Shown here one piece after another: positions 63,110-64,000 of a stretch of DNA of 64,000 bases (the stretch's first letter is position 1; the number at the start of each line of letters is the position of its first letter). This DNA comes from Camelus ferus (lineage: Eukaryota), in NCBI RefSeq assembly GCF_009834535.1, contig NC_045697.1:30072001-30136000 (forward strand), read 5' to 3'. Below the pieces are notes generated by a model, which was not told where the DNA came from, did not search any database, and was given only the letters and a program-made list of their open reading frames with translations. The position numbers and the translations under genes are program-made.

Positions 63110-64000
63110 TTTAATGACACAAATGGAGAATGCCTATTCTGAGATAACCCAAGAAAGTTCGAAAAGAAGGATTAACCAAAGGAATTCGCCTTACCAAACA
63201 GTAAGCCTTACTATAGAGAGAACAAACAAAGGACGCATCTTGGGCAAGAGTTGATAAACTAATTATAATTAATACACTATATGGCCTGGAAACAGACACA
63301 AATGAACATAAAAATTTTAGTGCATAATAATGATATCACAAGTCAATAGATAAAGAAGGGACAGTTGATTAATGTCAGTTCTTCATAACAAAATTAATTC
63401 TGGATGAATTAATTTTTGTCAAGTGCAAAAAAAAAAAAAACAGGAAAAGGAAGAATGAGAGGTTTAAATACATACTCAATAAAGGAAATTTTAAGCAAAA
63501 TTTAAAAGTAGTGAAAAACCAGGGGAAATACTCCCAAAAAATATGACAAAGATTTAATACCCTTAACATATGAAGTCCCTTCTAAAGCAATAGACAATGG
63601 GCAAAAGGACATTAAGAATCTGTCAAAAATTAATACAAATGGCCAATAAACATGAAAAGCATTCACCCTTACATGTGATCAAAGAAATGCAAATTTGAAA
63701 AGTAAGGCTCTTCCTACTCCCCCACAAAATAGAAAGTCTTCAGTCTCACTAAGAATTTACAACTTCTATGTTGCAAAAAGGAAGTTTAAGAAAAAGCTAC
63801 AAACCAAGAGAAGTTATTTGTCACACATACAACCAACAAAGAATTAGTATACAAACTATGTTGAAAAAAAACCCTCCAAAATATCAATAAGAAAAATACA
63901 AACATGTCAATAGAGAAATAGACAAAAGACATGAATAGGCATTTCATGGCAAACATGAATAGCAAAAAAGGGCAAAAGTATATTCAAGTTTATTAGGAAG
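63110..64000 (+). mobile_element. Old degraded L1 ORF2 3' fragments
   Basis: A-rich, with caatgggcaaaaggacatt, atacaaatggccaataaacatgaaaag and atcaaagaaatgcaaatt. Confidence 0.65.

Noticed and set aside
1..64000. CRISPR array, prokaryotic operon or novel multi-gene system
   Set aside because: The sequence is a mammalian intron-exon gene with interspersed repeats. There are no regularly spaced direct repeats or long unexplained ORFs.

Overview
Mammalian genomic DNA, very probably from a camelid (two tRNA-Ala-derived Vic-1-type SINEs). The window holds the 3' part of the LIMCH1 gene (LIM and calponin homology domains 1) on the + strand. I placed 22 coding exons with GT-AG junctions whose phases join into one continuous frame from 1031 to the stop codon at 57518-57520. 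They include three upstream exons (1031-2051) resembling the optional muscle-type exon block, a 36-nt symmetric microexon, the central and charged coiled-coil regions, a 78-nt symmetric cassette exon and the C-terminal LIM domain. A 3' UTR of about 2.9 kb follows, with several poly(A) signals and many miRNA seed matches. The 5' part of the gene (CH domain, promoter) is outside the window. Introns carry ordinary eutherian repeats (L1, L2, MIR, MLT1, MER5A, MER53) plus lineage-specific insertions with target-site duplications. I see no new gene system. The most interesting signals are splicing-regulation logic, a NAGNAG acceptor, a solo ERV LTR beside a splice acceptor, divergently oriented CTCF-like motifs and alternative polyadenylation. 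Gene and repeat names come from my recall of orthologous and consensus sequences, not from a database search. Repeat boundaries are approximate unless a TSD is given.
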